The notes under the pieces are model-generated. The model had not been told where the DNA came from and searched no databases. It saw only the letters and a list, made by a program, of their open reading frames with translations. Shown piece by piece: positions 25,644 to 37,787 of a DNA stretch of 64,000 nucleotides (position 1 is its first letter; each line of letters starts with the position of its first letter). The position numbers were made by a program, and so were the translations under genes. Origin of the DNA: Ranitomeya imitator (lineage: Eukaryota); the NCBI RefSeq assembly GCF_032444005.1, contig NC_091283.1, positions 825,406,001 through 825,470,000 of the forward strand, written 5' to 3'.

Positions 25644-27239
25644 TTAAAAACACAGACTGCGCGCAGATAAAAATAACTGACGCAAGAAAAGGTATCATCT
25701 GTCTTTTGTGTCAGAAGAATCTTATTTGCTGCACAGAAATGAACGTATAACAGAGATCTGACTTTTCCCAAGCAGACAATTACATTGATCATGTTTTATT
25801 CAGAACTATATATTTGCTTTTTAACAACAATAAAATATTGAATTTTCTAATCTTGGGCCGATCAAGCTGCAAAAGTGACTGGCAAGTCAAAACACACAGC
25901 ATTTAACGATCCATTAGCCGCGCGCTTTGTGTTTTGACTGCTGGCGGTTTACTGTTAATTATCTGGTGTAATGATGGAGAGTCGGTAATTACCTGGAGTC
26001 GGACGGAAAACACTGTCGTGTGTTTCTATGATGTAGAAAGAAAGGATTTTTCATGTAAAAGGATTGTAAATAATATTTATTTTAGATTTATAGAAATGTT
26101 ACTGAATGATAAAGGTCCCTGTGGCTTCAGATATAATGAGACCTTTAGCAAAACCGAGTCCCTTGATGCCATTTTTTTTGCCCCTGTTACTTATTGTTCA
26201 AAACCTGCACAAACAAAAAAAAATAATAATAAAAAGAAACTATTTTGTTTACATTACGGAGAGGTTAATTTTTCGATTTCTGGAGGTGTAAATTGGCGGA
26301 AAGGATAATAGGCGACCAGGACTAGGATTGGGATTATCTGGTAGATTAACACAGTGTAGGATTAATATTAAGGTCCTGGTGGTCTAGAGCGGTGAAAGGA
26401 AGAATTATCAAATTATTGGCGTTGCAAGCATTGAAGGGGTTAATATTAAGATCCCAAGTGAAAGGGGTGATATTTAGATGTCTGCTACTCTTTGGGAGCG
26501 AAAGGGTCTTTAATAACATGCCTGGTGATTTAGGGCACTAATCTGGCTAATTACTTAAATGCATGTATTATGAGCAGAAAAGTATTTTTTGCGGTTGGTT
26601 TCCATTAAAAATGTTGCACCGTTTGCCTCCTGCAGCCTCGGTGCTGCACCGCCTATTGCTGACTGTAGGATGAGATAACGAAGAATCTATCAGTGAGCTC
26701 ATTCATACAGGGAGTTTGTAAACTCTTTATCTGAACGAGCCGACTGACAGATTCCCAGTTTACTCGTTCTGCAGCAAGAGGCTATGGAAGGCAAAGAGTG
26801 AAAATGTTAATTGAAATACTATTGCAAAAATAAATATAAATCAATAAATAAATATTTATAGCCCAAACTACATACAGATAATAGCTGAAAAGGTCACATT
26901 ACCATGAAAATTATGTAATGTGCATCTTGTCCAGGATTAGCAAAAAGAATTTCTGTTTTAGTTTGTTTTTCTCGTTACACAAACAGCGCCACGCTCGTCC
27001 TCAGGCCGTATGTGGTATTGCAGCTCAGTTGCAGTCACTTGCATATTGCAATACCAAACACAGCCCAAACACAGCCCATTAACAGGGAAAAACAGGAAAG
27101 AAGAAAGGCAGAATCTCTCTTCTAATCGTGGACAAGCAGTGAACATAGAACAGAGGGGGCGCAGGAGAACCGATCAAAATAGACCTCTTTATAGTGTTGT
27201 GCTTCACCCCTCAGACTTATGATCGCTTTCTTTCCAACA

Positions 27240-27470
27240 CCTTCCACACCCCTTAGGACAGTTTCCAAAGTCTTGCTACTTCCCATTGTTTCTCCTCCTT
27301 CTCTATGTCCCTCTTTTTTCCTGTCTCCGCGTTCTCCTGTCTCTTCCCTCCTTTCCTCCTTTCCTCCTCTTCTCTGTATTTCTGTCCTCTCTCTTCTTGT
27401 CCTCTCTCCCTGGTCTCTTCGCCCCTCTCTCCTCCCCATGTTCCCCCTCTGTTCTCTCCTCCTCTCCAGC
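27240..27470. repeat. CT-rich low-complexity tract
   Basis: Polypyrimidine composition that generates several spurious ORFs. Confidence 0.8.
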
Positions 27471-27732
27471 TTTTATATTTACAGAGTAATGAGGAGAAAC
27501 ATTGCTGCAGCATAAAACAGAGAAATCTAGAAGATAATTCTATTTTTCCAGGTTTGTTCTGTGTGTATTCCCTCCCTGATGTTTACACCTGAGAAGCATT
27601 GATGAAATTATCAGCGGTTGAATCCGGCAGCATCTTTATTATTCTAAAAGAAAATATTATTAATATTTATTCTTCACATCGACGGACAGCTATAGACTGA
27701 GCAAAGAGGATGTTTGTATCCGAGGGAGAGGC

Positions 27733-28450
27733 NNNNNNNNNNNNNNNNNNNNNNNNNNNNNNNNNNNNNNNNNNNNNNNNNNNNNNNNNNNNNNNNNNNN
27801 NNNNNNNNNNNNNNNNNNNNNNNNNNNNNNNNNNNNNNNNNNNNNNNNNNNNNNNNNNNNNNNNNNNNNNNNNNNNNNNNNNNNNNNNNNNNNNNNNNNN
27901 NNNNNNNNNNNNNNNNNNNNNNNNNNNNNNNNNNNNNNNNNNNNNNNNNNNNNNNNNNNNNNNNNNNNNNNNNNNNNNNNNNNNNNNNNNNNNNNNNNNN
28001 NNNNNNNNNNNNNNNNNNNNNNNNNNNNNNNNNNNNNNNNNNNNNNNNNNNNNNNNNNNNNNNNNNNNNNNNNNNNNNNNNNNNNNNNNNNNNNNNNNNN
28101 NNNNNNNNNNNNNNNNNNNNNNNNNNNNNNNNNNNNNNNNNNNNNNNNNNNNNNNNNNNNNNNNNNNNNNNNNNNNNNNNNNNNNNNNNNNNNNNNNNNN
28201 NNNNNNNNNNNNNNNNNNNNNNNNNNNNNNNNNNNNNNNNNNNNNNNNNNNNNNNNNNNNNNNNNNNNNNNNNNNNNNNNNNNNNNNNNNNNNNNNNNNN
28301 NNNNNNNNNNNNNNNNNNNNNNNNNNNNNNNNNNNNNNNNNNNNNNNNNNNNNNNNNNNNNNNNNNNNNNNNNNNNNNNNNNNNNNNNNNNNNNNNNNNN
28401 NNNNNNNNNNNNNNNNNNNNNNNNNNNNNNNNNNNNNNNNNNNNNNNNNN
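27733..28450. other. Assembly gap (718 N)
   Basis: N run. Confidence 1.
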
Positions 28451-30065
28451 TATATTTGGACAGAGACAACATTTTTCTAATGTTGGTTATAGACATTACC
28501 ACAATGAATTTTAAACAAAACAATTCAGATGCAGTTGAAGTTCAGACTTTCAGCTTTCATTTGAGGGCATCCACATTAAAATTGGATGAAGGGTTTAGGA
28601 GTTTCAGCTCCTTAACATGTACCACCCTGTTTTTAAAGGGACCAAAAGTAATTGGATAGATTCAATAATTTTAAATAAAATGTTCATTTTTAGTACTTGG
28701 TTGAAAACCCTTTGTTGGCAATGACTGCCTGAAGTCTTGAACTCATGGACATCACCAGACGCTGTGTTTCCTCCTTTTTGATGCTCTGCCGGCCTTCACT
28801 GCGGTGGTTTTCAGTTGCTATTTGTTTGTGGGCCTTTCTGTCTGAAGTTTAGTCTTTAACAAGTGAAATGCTGCTCAATTGGGTTGAGATCAGGTGACTG
28901 ACTTGGCCATTCAAGAATATTCCACTTCTTTGCTTTAATAAACTCCTGGATTGCTTTGGCTTTATGTCTTGGGTCATTGTCCATCTGTAGTATGAAATGA
29001 CGACCAATCAGTTTTGCTGCATTTGGCTGGATCTGAGCACACAGTATGGCGGCTCTGAATACCTCAGAATTCATTCGGCTGCTTCTGTCCTGTGTCACAT
29101 CAGCAATAAACACTAGTGACCCAGTGCCACTGGCAGCCATGCATGCCCGCGCCATCACACTGCCTCCGCCGTGTTTTACAGATGATGTGGTATGCTTTGG
29201 ATCATGAGCTGTACCACGCCTTCACCATACTTTTCTCTGTCCATCATTCTGGTAGAGGTTGATCTTGGGTTCATCTGTCCATAGAATGTTCTTCCAGAAC
29301 TGTGCGGCTTTTTTAGATGTTTTTAGCAAAGTCCAGTCTAGCCTTTTTCTTCTTGATGCTTATGAGTGGCTGCACCGTGCAGTGAACCCTCTGTATTTAC
29401 TTTCATGCAGTCTTCTCTTTATGGTAGATTTGGATATTGATACGCCGACCTCCTGGAGAGTGTTGTTCACTTGGTCGGCTGTTGTGAAGGGGTTTCTCTT
29501 CACCATGGAGATTATTCTGCGATCATCCACCACTGTTGTTCCGTGGGCGCCCAGGTCTTTTTGCATTGATGAGTTCACCAGTGCTTTCTTTCTTTCTCAG
29601 GATGTACCAAACTGTAGATGTTGCCACTCCTAATATTGTAGCAATTTCTCGGATGGTTTTTTCTGTTTTCGCAGCTTAAGGATGGCTTGTTTCACCTGCA
29701 TGGAGAGCTCCTTTGACCGCATGTTTACTTCCCAGCAAAACCTTCCAAATGCAAGCACCACACCTCAAATCAACTCCAGGCCTTTTATCTGCTTAATTGA
29801 GAATGACATAATGAAGGGATTGCCTACACCTGTCCATGAAATAGCCTTGGAGTCAATTGTCCAATTACTTTTGGTCCCTTTAAAAACAGGGTGGCACATG
29901 TTAAGGAGCTGAAACTCCTAAACCCTTCATCCAATTTTAATGTGGATACCCTCAAATGAAAGCTAAAAGTCTCAACTTCAACTGCATCTGAATTGCTTTG
30001 TCTAAAATTCATTGTGGTAATGTCTATAACCAAAATTAGAAAAATGTTGTCTCTGTCCAAATATA
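28451..30065 (-). mobile_element. Second Tc1 family element, decayed transposase, both termini lost in gaps
   Basis: ~205-bp inverted repeats (TATATTTGGACAGAGACAAC... / ...GTTGTCTCTGTCCAAATATA). Transposase fragments QMDNDPRH...[12 protein letters not shown] (28856..29158) and PFTTADQVNNTLQEVG (29360..29578) with frameshifts. Confidence 0.92.
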
Positions 30066-30378
30066 NNNNNNNNNNNNNNNNNNNNNNNNNNNNNNNNNNN
30101 NNNNNNNNNNNNNNNNNNNNNNNNNNNNNNNNNNNNNNNNNNNNNNNNNNNNNNNNNNNNNNNNNNNNNNNNNNNNNNNNNNNNNNNNNNNNNNNNNNNN
30201 NNNNNNNNNNNNNNNNNNNNNNNNNNNNNNNNNNNNNNNNNNNNNNNNNNNNNNNNNNNNNNNNNNNNNNNNNNNNNNNNNNNNNNNNNNNNNNNNNNNN
30301 NNNNNNNNNNNNNNNNNNNNNNNNNNNNNNNNNNNNNNNNNNNNNNNNNNNNNNNNNNNNNNNNNNNNNNNNNNNNNN
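30066..30378. other. Assembly gap (313 N)
   Basis: N run. Confidence 1.
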
Positions 30379-30415
30379 TCTATCTATTATCTCTATCCCC
30401 ATATGTCCTATCTAT

Positions 30416-31830
30416 TAGTGATGAGTGAGCATGCGCTCCACTGTTCGTTATTTAATCGCACATCGGAGTGCTCAGGTACGCTTGTTACTCAATCAAGTAC
30501 CGTGAGTTCTCGAGCTCCATGGTCGAGTCCCTGCACCGCATTTTTTACGGCTGTTAGACGGCCAATAAACATGCGGGGATTACATACCATACACAGTAAC
30601 GCCATAGCCATAGCATTACTTTGACTGGCCAGCCGCATCTTGTCATGGGGTCTTTTATAAAGCAATGCTCGGCACACTGTCATCAGCCATGAAGTAGTTC
30701 ACGGAGAGTTGTTATAAAAGAGCGAGCATAGATTAGAGCAGGCTTATAGACAGGTTTTAATTGCCATTGCCGTATTTGTATACATCTGCACAATTAAAAC
30801 AAAAATCCTTTACAGGGCTACATACTGTACATTCTCCACCATATCAACAGGGTCGTCATGCGTTGCTTGCTCATAATTTTAGAGGGCCATCATGCAGAGT
30901 TATAAAAAGGACATGCACTGTGCATGCGTTTATGCAGGTATTTTTAGCCTGGTTTAATAAATTATTTAAAAAAATGACGTGAGGTCCCCCTTATTTTTGA
31001 TAACCAGCTAAGATAAAGCAGTCAGTTGTGTGCCGATATTATCAAGCTTGGAAGGTCCATGGTTATTGGACCTTTCCCAGCCTAAAAATACCAGCCCGCA
31101 GCCACCCCAGACATGGCGCATAAAATAAGATGCGCCATAAGATGTGTCAATTCTGGCACTTTGCCCCTTCTCTTCCTAATATCCTGGAGGCAATTGGGGT
31201 AATGGTAGTTGGGGTTTATGTCAGCTGTGATTTGGGAAAAATCACAGCTGCCATCAAGCCCTGGTGTTACTAATGGAGAGGTATCTATAAGACACCCCCA
31301 TTACTAATCCAGTAATCAAAAATGCACACAGAAAAAAAAACACTTTATTTTAATAAAAACTCCCCCATACTATCCCTTCCAATTTATTGAAAAAAAAAAA
31401 TTTAAAATTCCATGCACTTCTGAAGTAATCAAGAAAAGGATATCTGAAGGATATAAAAAGACAAAAATAACGATATTACCCAATAATGCTGCCACGCAGG
31501 TCCAATGTAGTCCATGTTCCACAAATCTGGCTCCTTCATCTGTTAATAGCAGTAAAGTGTCTGCTATTTGCAGGCGCCAGATAGTGACGCTCATTGTTGT
31601 CGTCGGGTCTCATTGCAGCTTGAATTTTTAGGCTGGGAAGGGCACAATAGCCAGAGACCTTCACAGGCTGATCACATAAGCCCATAGCTGTCTGCTTTAC
31701 CTTTGCTGGTGCACTCCACGTCGTTTTTTTCATTTATTTATTTAGCACATGTACAATAAACTACACATGCACAACATTAATTACCGGTGTATGTCTCACA
31801 GATATGCATCTATTACTTGGCTAACATCTA
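30416..31830. mobile_element. Probable old non-autonomous hAT (TAGTGATGAG terminus), right end uncertain
   Basis: Left end TAGTGATGAGTGAGC resembles 37476. Both flanks are TCTA-type repeats, so the TSD is ambiguous. Confidence 0.4.
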
Positions 31831-31849
31831 TCTATCTAGACAACCATAA

Positions 31850-32060
31850 AATGGAAGGCAGCACTCCATAAAATTCAAGGTGAAAAAAGGTGGACTTTTT
31901 TCAAACTCACATAGCATAGCGACGTTTCGGCTCACACTGAGCCTTTCTCAAGCTCAACCCTTTCATAGTTGTCTGGATTTGGGCAACTTTTGGATACATT
32001 GCTGAGGAGGCCTGAGCACCTGCCTATTTGCATTGTGCTGTTCAATTTTTTCACAATTTA
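31850..32060 (-). mobile_element. Penelope-like pseudo-LTR fragment
   Basis: Contains a hammerhead-type fold with palindromic stem III, and a GCAGCACTCCA motif similar to the 17281 insert. Boundaries approximate. Confidence 0.55.
31918..31954 (-). ncRNA. Minimal type I hammerhead ribozyme, U3-A8 core variant
   Basis: Minus strand reads AGC-UUGAGAA-A-GGCUCA-gug-UGAGCC-GAAAC-GUC-GCU: stem I AGC/GCU, 6-bp stem II, GUC cleavage triplet. Confidence 0.65.
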
Positions 32061-32225
32061 ATATATGCAATAGAAATAACAGCCTAACAAGCTTATAAAT
32101 ATATCTGGAATTTTTTTGGAACCCCAATAACACTTTTTGTAATGTTTATAAATAGGAAAAACAGGGTATTGTTAAAATAATCAGGAATACAATGTATTCA
32201 ACCTATCAACAATACACAATACTCT

Positions 32226-33790
32226 GTATTCAACCTATCGCTATCTTCTGGTACCTTCCCCTCTGCCTTCAAACATGCCACCATCACACACATCCTCAAA
32301 AAAACTAACCTTGACCCAACTGCTATGCCCATCTATCGCCCCATATCACTGCTCCCGTTTGCTTCAAAACTCCTTGAGCAGCATGTCCATGCTCAACTTT
32401 CCTCCCACTTCTCATCTGACTCTCTCCTTGACAACCTCCAATCTGGCTTCTGTCCCCACCACTCCACCAAAACTGCTACAGATTCTTTCTTCCCTTGGCA
32501 TCAAAGACCTTGCCCTGTCCTGGATCGCCTCATACCTTTCCGACCTCACATTTAGAGTTTCCCACTCCCACAACACCTCCTCATCCCACCCTCTCTCTGT
32601 TGGTGTCCCTCAAGGCTCTGTCCTGGGGCCCCTACTTTTTCCATCTATACCCTTGGCCTAGGACAACTCATAAAGTCCCATGGCTTCCATTAGCACCTGT
32701 ATGCGGAAGACACTCAGATCTACCTCTCTGGCCCAGATGTCACCTCTCTGCTGTCCAGAATCCCAGAGTGTCTATCAGCCATATCCTAGTTCTTCACCTC
32801 TCGCTTCCTAAACCTCAATATAGACAAAACCGAACACATAATCTTTCCCCCATCTCACGTATCCCTCCTTCCTGATCTATCTTTTATGGTAAACTGCATC
32901 ACGCTCTCTCCCGCACCTGAAATCCGCTGCCTCGGGGTAACTATTGACTCTGCCCTGTCCTTCAAACCGCACGTCCAAACTCTTGCCACCTCCTGTCGCC
33001 TCCAACTCAAAAATATTGCCAGTATCCGTCCCTTTCTCAGCCCACAATCTACTAAAACTCTTGTGCATGCCCTCATCATCTCCCGCCTCGTTTACTGCAA
33101 CACCCTCCTCTGTGGCCTCCCCTCTAACTCTGTTGCACCACTCCAGTCCGTCCTCAACTCTGCTGCCCGGCTAATCCACCTTTCTCCTCGCTACTCCCCT
33201 GCTTCTCCCCTCTGCAATTCCCTCCACTGGCTCCCAATTCCCCAACAAATCCAGTTCAAACTACTAACACTGACCTACAAAGCCATCCACAACCTGTCCC
33301 CTCCCTATATCTCTGAACTAATCTCCCAATATCTTCCCTCACGTAATCTCCGGTCCTCCCAAGACCTCCTACTCTCCTCCACACTTATTCATTCCTCACA
33401 CAACTGCCTCCAAGATTTCTCCCGAATATCCCCCATCCTCTGGAATTCCACGCCTCAACATGTCCGATTATCCACCACCCTCGGATCCTTCAGACGGAAC
33501 CTGAAAACCCATCTCTTCAAGACAGCCTACAGCCTGCAATAACCATTCTGCCGCCTCACCACAACTAGAGTTGCCGCCTCACCATCGCCAGAACTGCTGC
33601 ACCCCGACCTTCTGTCTCTCCCCATTATCCAGCAGTTGAGTGTAAGACCACAAGGACAGGGTCCTCTACCCTCTGTACTAGTCTGTTTACTGTAAATGAT
33701 ATCTATAACTCTGTACGTAACCCCTTTCTTATGTACAATACCATGGAATTAATGGTGCTATATAAATAAATAAATAATAATAATAATAAT
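32226..33790 (+). mobile_element. 5'-truncated L2-clade LINE (RT C-terminal part and 3' UTR), disrupted
   Basis: [17 protein letters not shown]...[55 protein letters not shown]. Internal deletion after HSTKTA. Ends in an (AAT)n tail. Confidence 0.9.
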
Positions 33791-33970
33791 GATCACCAAG
33801 AACAGGGAATTAATACACTTGTAGTACCACTTTTCACCACTATGAGCATCAGCCAATACATTCTCTATAAAACTGCCTAGGAACATATTAGTGCCGTGCC
33901 AGAGGGGGCACAGCCCCTATGTCAGCCATGAAAACCATGGCTGCCTACTTCCAGGAACAGCACCACATGG

Positions 33971-34895
33971 TGTCCCGGGACAGGGGCTCTTTCCCTGTCC
34001 CTAACACTAGGCACACCCTAGCTTACCCTTTTTCCTGGATTACTACTGATGGTGTAGATGTTGGGGCCACGTACCTTGTCTCAGCTACTGAATCTGCCAT
34101 TAGTCTGTACCCTTCCCCCACCCAGAGAAGAGGAGAGTAGTAGTGTACTGTGATACACCAACCAGACTAACAAGGTAATACGAACAGGGATAATGAAAAA
34201 TATCAAACATACGAATATACTCACGCATACAACAGAGGAATGCACCACGGAGTGGAGGATGGGGTTAAACCAAAGTAGGAGAACCCTTTTCCCTGGATTA
34301 CTACTGATGGTGTAGATGCTGGGGCCACGTACCTTGTCTCAGCTCCTGAATCTGTCATTAGTCTGTACCCTTCCCCCACCCAGAGAAGAGGAGAATAGTA
34401 GTGTACAGTGATACACCAATCAGACTAACAAAGTAATACGAACAGGGATAATGAAAAATATCAAACATACAAATATACTCACACAAACAACAGAGAAATG
34501 CACCACGGAATGGAGGATGGGGTTAAACCAAAGTAGGAGAAGAAATGGATTCATCACACACCTAAAACCTTTTAACAATCTGAGATAAATCCACCAAACA
34601 CCTTCTCCAATAATAACCACCAACAACCTCCAACCATGCCGCATAAGCTAGCTCTGATGAGTGCTTTCCAGGGCCCAGAATATAAAGGAGATGGGAGTGT
34701 CTAACAGTGAACAGCTGAGAGCCTTAATGCAGGAAAGCTTCCAGGATATCTCAACTGAGCAGATTAGCCCCTGCATTGCTAAAAGAAACCTGCATCATTT
34801 AAAATGAAAGTGAAGTTCTTCTAATCAGTACAGGAGTAGGAGAAATCAGATGCTGCGGTCTTCTGGCTCCTCTCGGTCGCAGTAAATCCGTGACA
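33971..34895. mobile_element. Solo LTR (Gypsy-like) with an internal 258-bp tandem duplication
   Basis: TGTCCCGGGA...TCCGTGACA termini. 5-bp TSD CATGG at 33966-33970 and 34896-34900. Duplicated block ~34026-34283 / 34284-34541. Confidence 0.8.
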
Positions 34896-36951
34896 CATGG
34901 GCTCTATCTGGAACTGCAATTCTAAAGTGAATGGGATGCAATAGCAGACACCACCATGAACAAAAGGGGCACTATATATATAAGAAAGCAGCCTTATCTT
35001 GCTAATCCCATTGGATTCCTTTGAGGTTTTCTGAAATTTGCTCTACCTCTAGTGCTCCTGGACCCAGATGACTTTATGCCTATTCTCAGACCTTAGTATA
35101 TATGCACATTATATACAGTATGTCCAAGAAAGCATTAATAAACTGCAGGGTATTAAATAAATTGGATTTTTTGCTTTTGTATGGGGTCATACCCGATGGG
35201 CAAGAATCCATAGACCCATTCGTTTGATGAGATTTTTACCTTGCAGGTAAGTAACTGCTACTTGCTATCCTCTCACTGATAGATAACAACGTTCCACTTT
35301 GTTTAGGAGGATGTCTCAATTAGATTCCCGTAGAAGCGGGATTGTCCGGCTTGTACGCTCAAGGAGGCAGTGACAGGCCGATGCTTTACGGTGGAGAGGC
35401 CCAAAGTTTTCGTCTCACAGATCAATACAGCTACACGAATTTACTGATCGGCTGTTAATCTGGGGCATCTAAGTGCTTGGATGACCGTGTCCAACAGATC
35501 TCAGCCTCCGAGGTCTACACTTAACCTTCTTTATCTTAAAGGGGTTTTCCACCTCTGAGGACAATTTATTTATTTATTTTACATGAATGCATGTATTTGG
35601 GGGCCAAAATTCATTTTTGCAGTTGGGTGTCATGAAACATTTCGCATTGTTTGTCTTTTACAAACGCCATGTTTTTCTGAACGTTCAACTTTGATGTGGT
35701 CTGTGGCCATAAATTTCCTGAAAAACTCTGATAAGAGTTAAAAATTTAACTATTGGGTTCACTGACAGATTCTTGGTTAACCCATTCTATAGACAGTGTA
35801 AGACAGCGGCTATAGAAGACAAATGGTGCAAAATTTGAATGACAAAAATTACTTTTAACCAAAAATTCATGCCTTTAGGCAAAAATAATAATAATGTTCA
35901 CAGAAGTGGAAAACTCTTTAAACATGAAATCCAATCAGATTCTAAACCCATCAAACTTTTCCTATATTATTTTTGTTTGTTTTTTAATTAAAATTGAACC
36001 ACATCTTTACCAGACAATTTTCCGTTTTTGTTTTTGTTTTTTTTCCCTAACATTCTTCCAAGACCCATATTTTTTTCATCATTCCCTCGACAGCGGTATG
36101 ACGACCTGCTTCTTGCAGGACAAGTTGTAGTTTTAAATGCCACCATTGACATTTTCCATATAATTTACTGAAAAATTGTGGAAATTCCAAGTGCTGCAAA
36201 ATGATTGGAAAAAAAAAACGCACAAGTCCGCTATTTTTTTTTTACATTTTTTTTAATTGTTCAGTAAACATGACATGGTAATATGATTCTTCAAGTAGTT
36301 ATAATTATGGCAATATCAAACTTTTATACATATATATATATTTTTTATTAACTTGTGATAAAAAAAAATCCAGAAATTTGTAAAAAAAACAGGAAAAAGT
36401 TTGTGTCACCTCACCATTTTCCCACATCTGTAACTTTTTACTGTACTGTTGATTTAGCTGTATGTGAGATTGGCTTTTGCGAGGCTTGCTGACATTTTTA
36501 TTGATACCATTTTGGGATACATACATCGTTTTGATCACTTTGTATTGCATTTTTTAGGAGAGGTCTGCAATGGGAAAACAGCAATTCTGGTGTTTCAATT
36601 TCTTCTCTTAATGGCATTTTTAATAAAAAAATGTTCAAATAACTTTTTTTTTTTTTTATTCTTTAGGGCACTTCCTCCTTGCTTGCCTTATCCACTGCAA
36701 TCCAAAAGTATTTTGGGAAAGTGTTGAAGTCCAACCTGTGACTTTTAGGCTACTTTCATACACACACTATTTGGCAGTATTTTTGCCCAGGTTTTTTTCA
36801 GTTTTCTTTATTGCATGTTTTTTTTTTAATTTTTTATGGCATTGATTCTTCTAAGCTAAATGCACCAAAATTCTGTCTTAGTTTGCACTAAGAAAAGAAT
36901 GCACCACATTCATTATGTGTTTTACTTTTTTTTTTTGTTGGTGTAACTTAA

Positions 36952-37415
36952 AATTATTTTTCCACTACTTGGACAACCTCTTCTTGATCTAAATGTTTGG
37001 CCCCAATAAAATAAATAAAAAAAATACTCATCTTCTGTGCTGGTGCCGTTACAGTGGTGTCGGCACTCGCTCTCACCGGGGCTCATGTGTGGTTGTTATG
37101 ACACGTGACCTCAGCGCCCAATCAGCGCCGGCATCACTGTCTCCGCCTTCGGACGAATTGAACATGAAGAGGAAGTCTGTAAAGATCTCTGACTTCCTCT
37201 TCATGTTCAATTCGACAGGAAGCGGAGACAGTGATGCCGGCGCTGATTGGGTGCCGGGGTCATGTGGCACAACAACGACATCGGAGCCCTGGGGAGAGCG
37301 AGGGTCGACACCGCGGGAATGGCGGCGGCACGGGAGGCGAGTGTAAGCTGTTTTTATTTTATCGGTCCGAAACGTGGGGTATGAGAAAGGGTTGTCCTAG
37401 TAGTGCACAACTTCG
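36952..37415. mobile_element. T2-type foldback MITE, eroded ends
   Basis: Central hairpin AATTGAACATGAAGAGGAAGTC...GACTTCCTCTTCATGTTCAATT. CCACTAC / GTAGTG subterminal motifs. Confidence 0.7.
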
Positions 37416-37475
37416 TTAATGGAGAAAAGTTATGGCTTTGCAGACAAAATAAGCCAACTAGCTTAGACTAGTAAA

Positions 37476-37787
37476 TAGTGATGAGCGAATATACTCGTTA
37501 CTCAAGATTTCTCGAGCACTTTTGGGGGGTCCTCCGAGTATTTTTTAGTGCTCGGGGATTTAGTTTTTCTTGCCGCAGCTGAATGATTTACATCTGTTAG
37601 CCAGCATAAGTACATGTGGGGATTTCCTAGCAACCAGGCAACCCCCACATGTACTTATGCTGGCTAACAGATGTAAATCATTCAGCTGTGGCAAGAAAAA
37701 CTAAATCTCCGAGCACTAAAAAATACTCGGAGGACCCCCGAGCGTGCACGAGAAATCTCGAGTGACGAGTATATTCGCTCATCACTA
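37476..37787. mobile_element. Young palindromic hAT MITE, 312 bp
   Basis: TIR TAGTGATGAGCGAATATACTCG / CGAGTATATTCGCTCATCACTA. Perfect 8-bp TSD CTAGTAAA at 37468-37475 and 37788-37795. Confidence 0.95.

Noticed and set aside
27122-27592. Arg/Glu-rich and Ser/Leu/Pro-rich ORFs
   Set aside because: Products of a CT-rich low-complexity tract.
27690-30418. ORFs containing long X runs
   Set aside because: Artefacts of translating N gaps.
32193-32239. 15-bp duplication TGTATTCAACCTATC at the L2 5' end as a TSD
   Set aside because: Both copies are on the same side of the element. At most a 5'-junction template slip.
34650-34680. CTGATGA as a further hammerhead core
   Set aside because: No stem II or GAAA box follows.
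35214-35246. 33-nt candidate exon before a strong CAG|gtaagt donor
   Set aside because: Poor acceptor, and in the crtac1 phase it reads into TGA. No supporting evidence for a poison exon.
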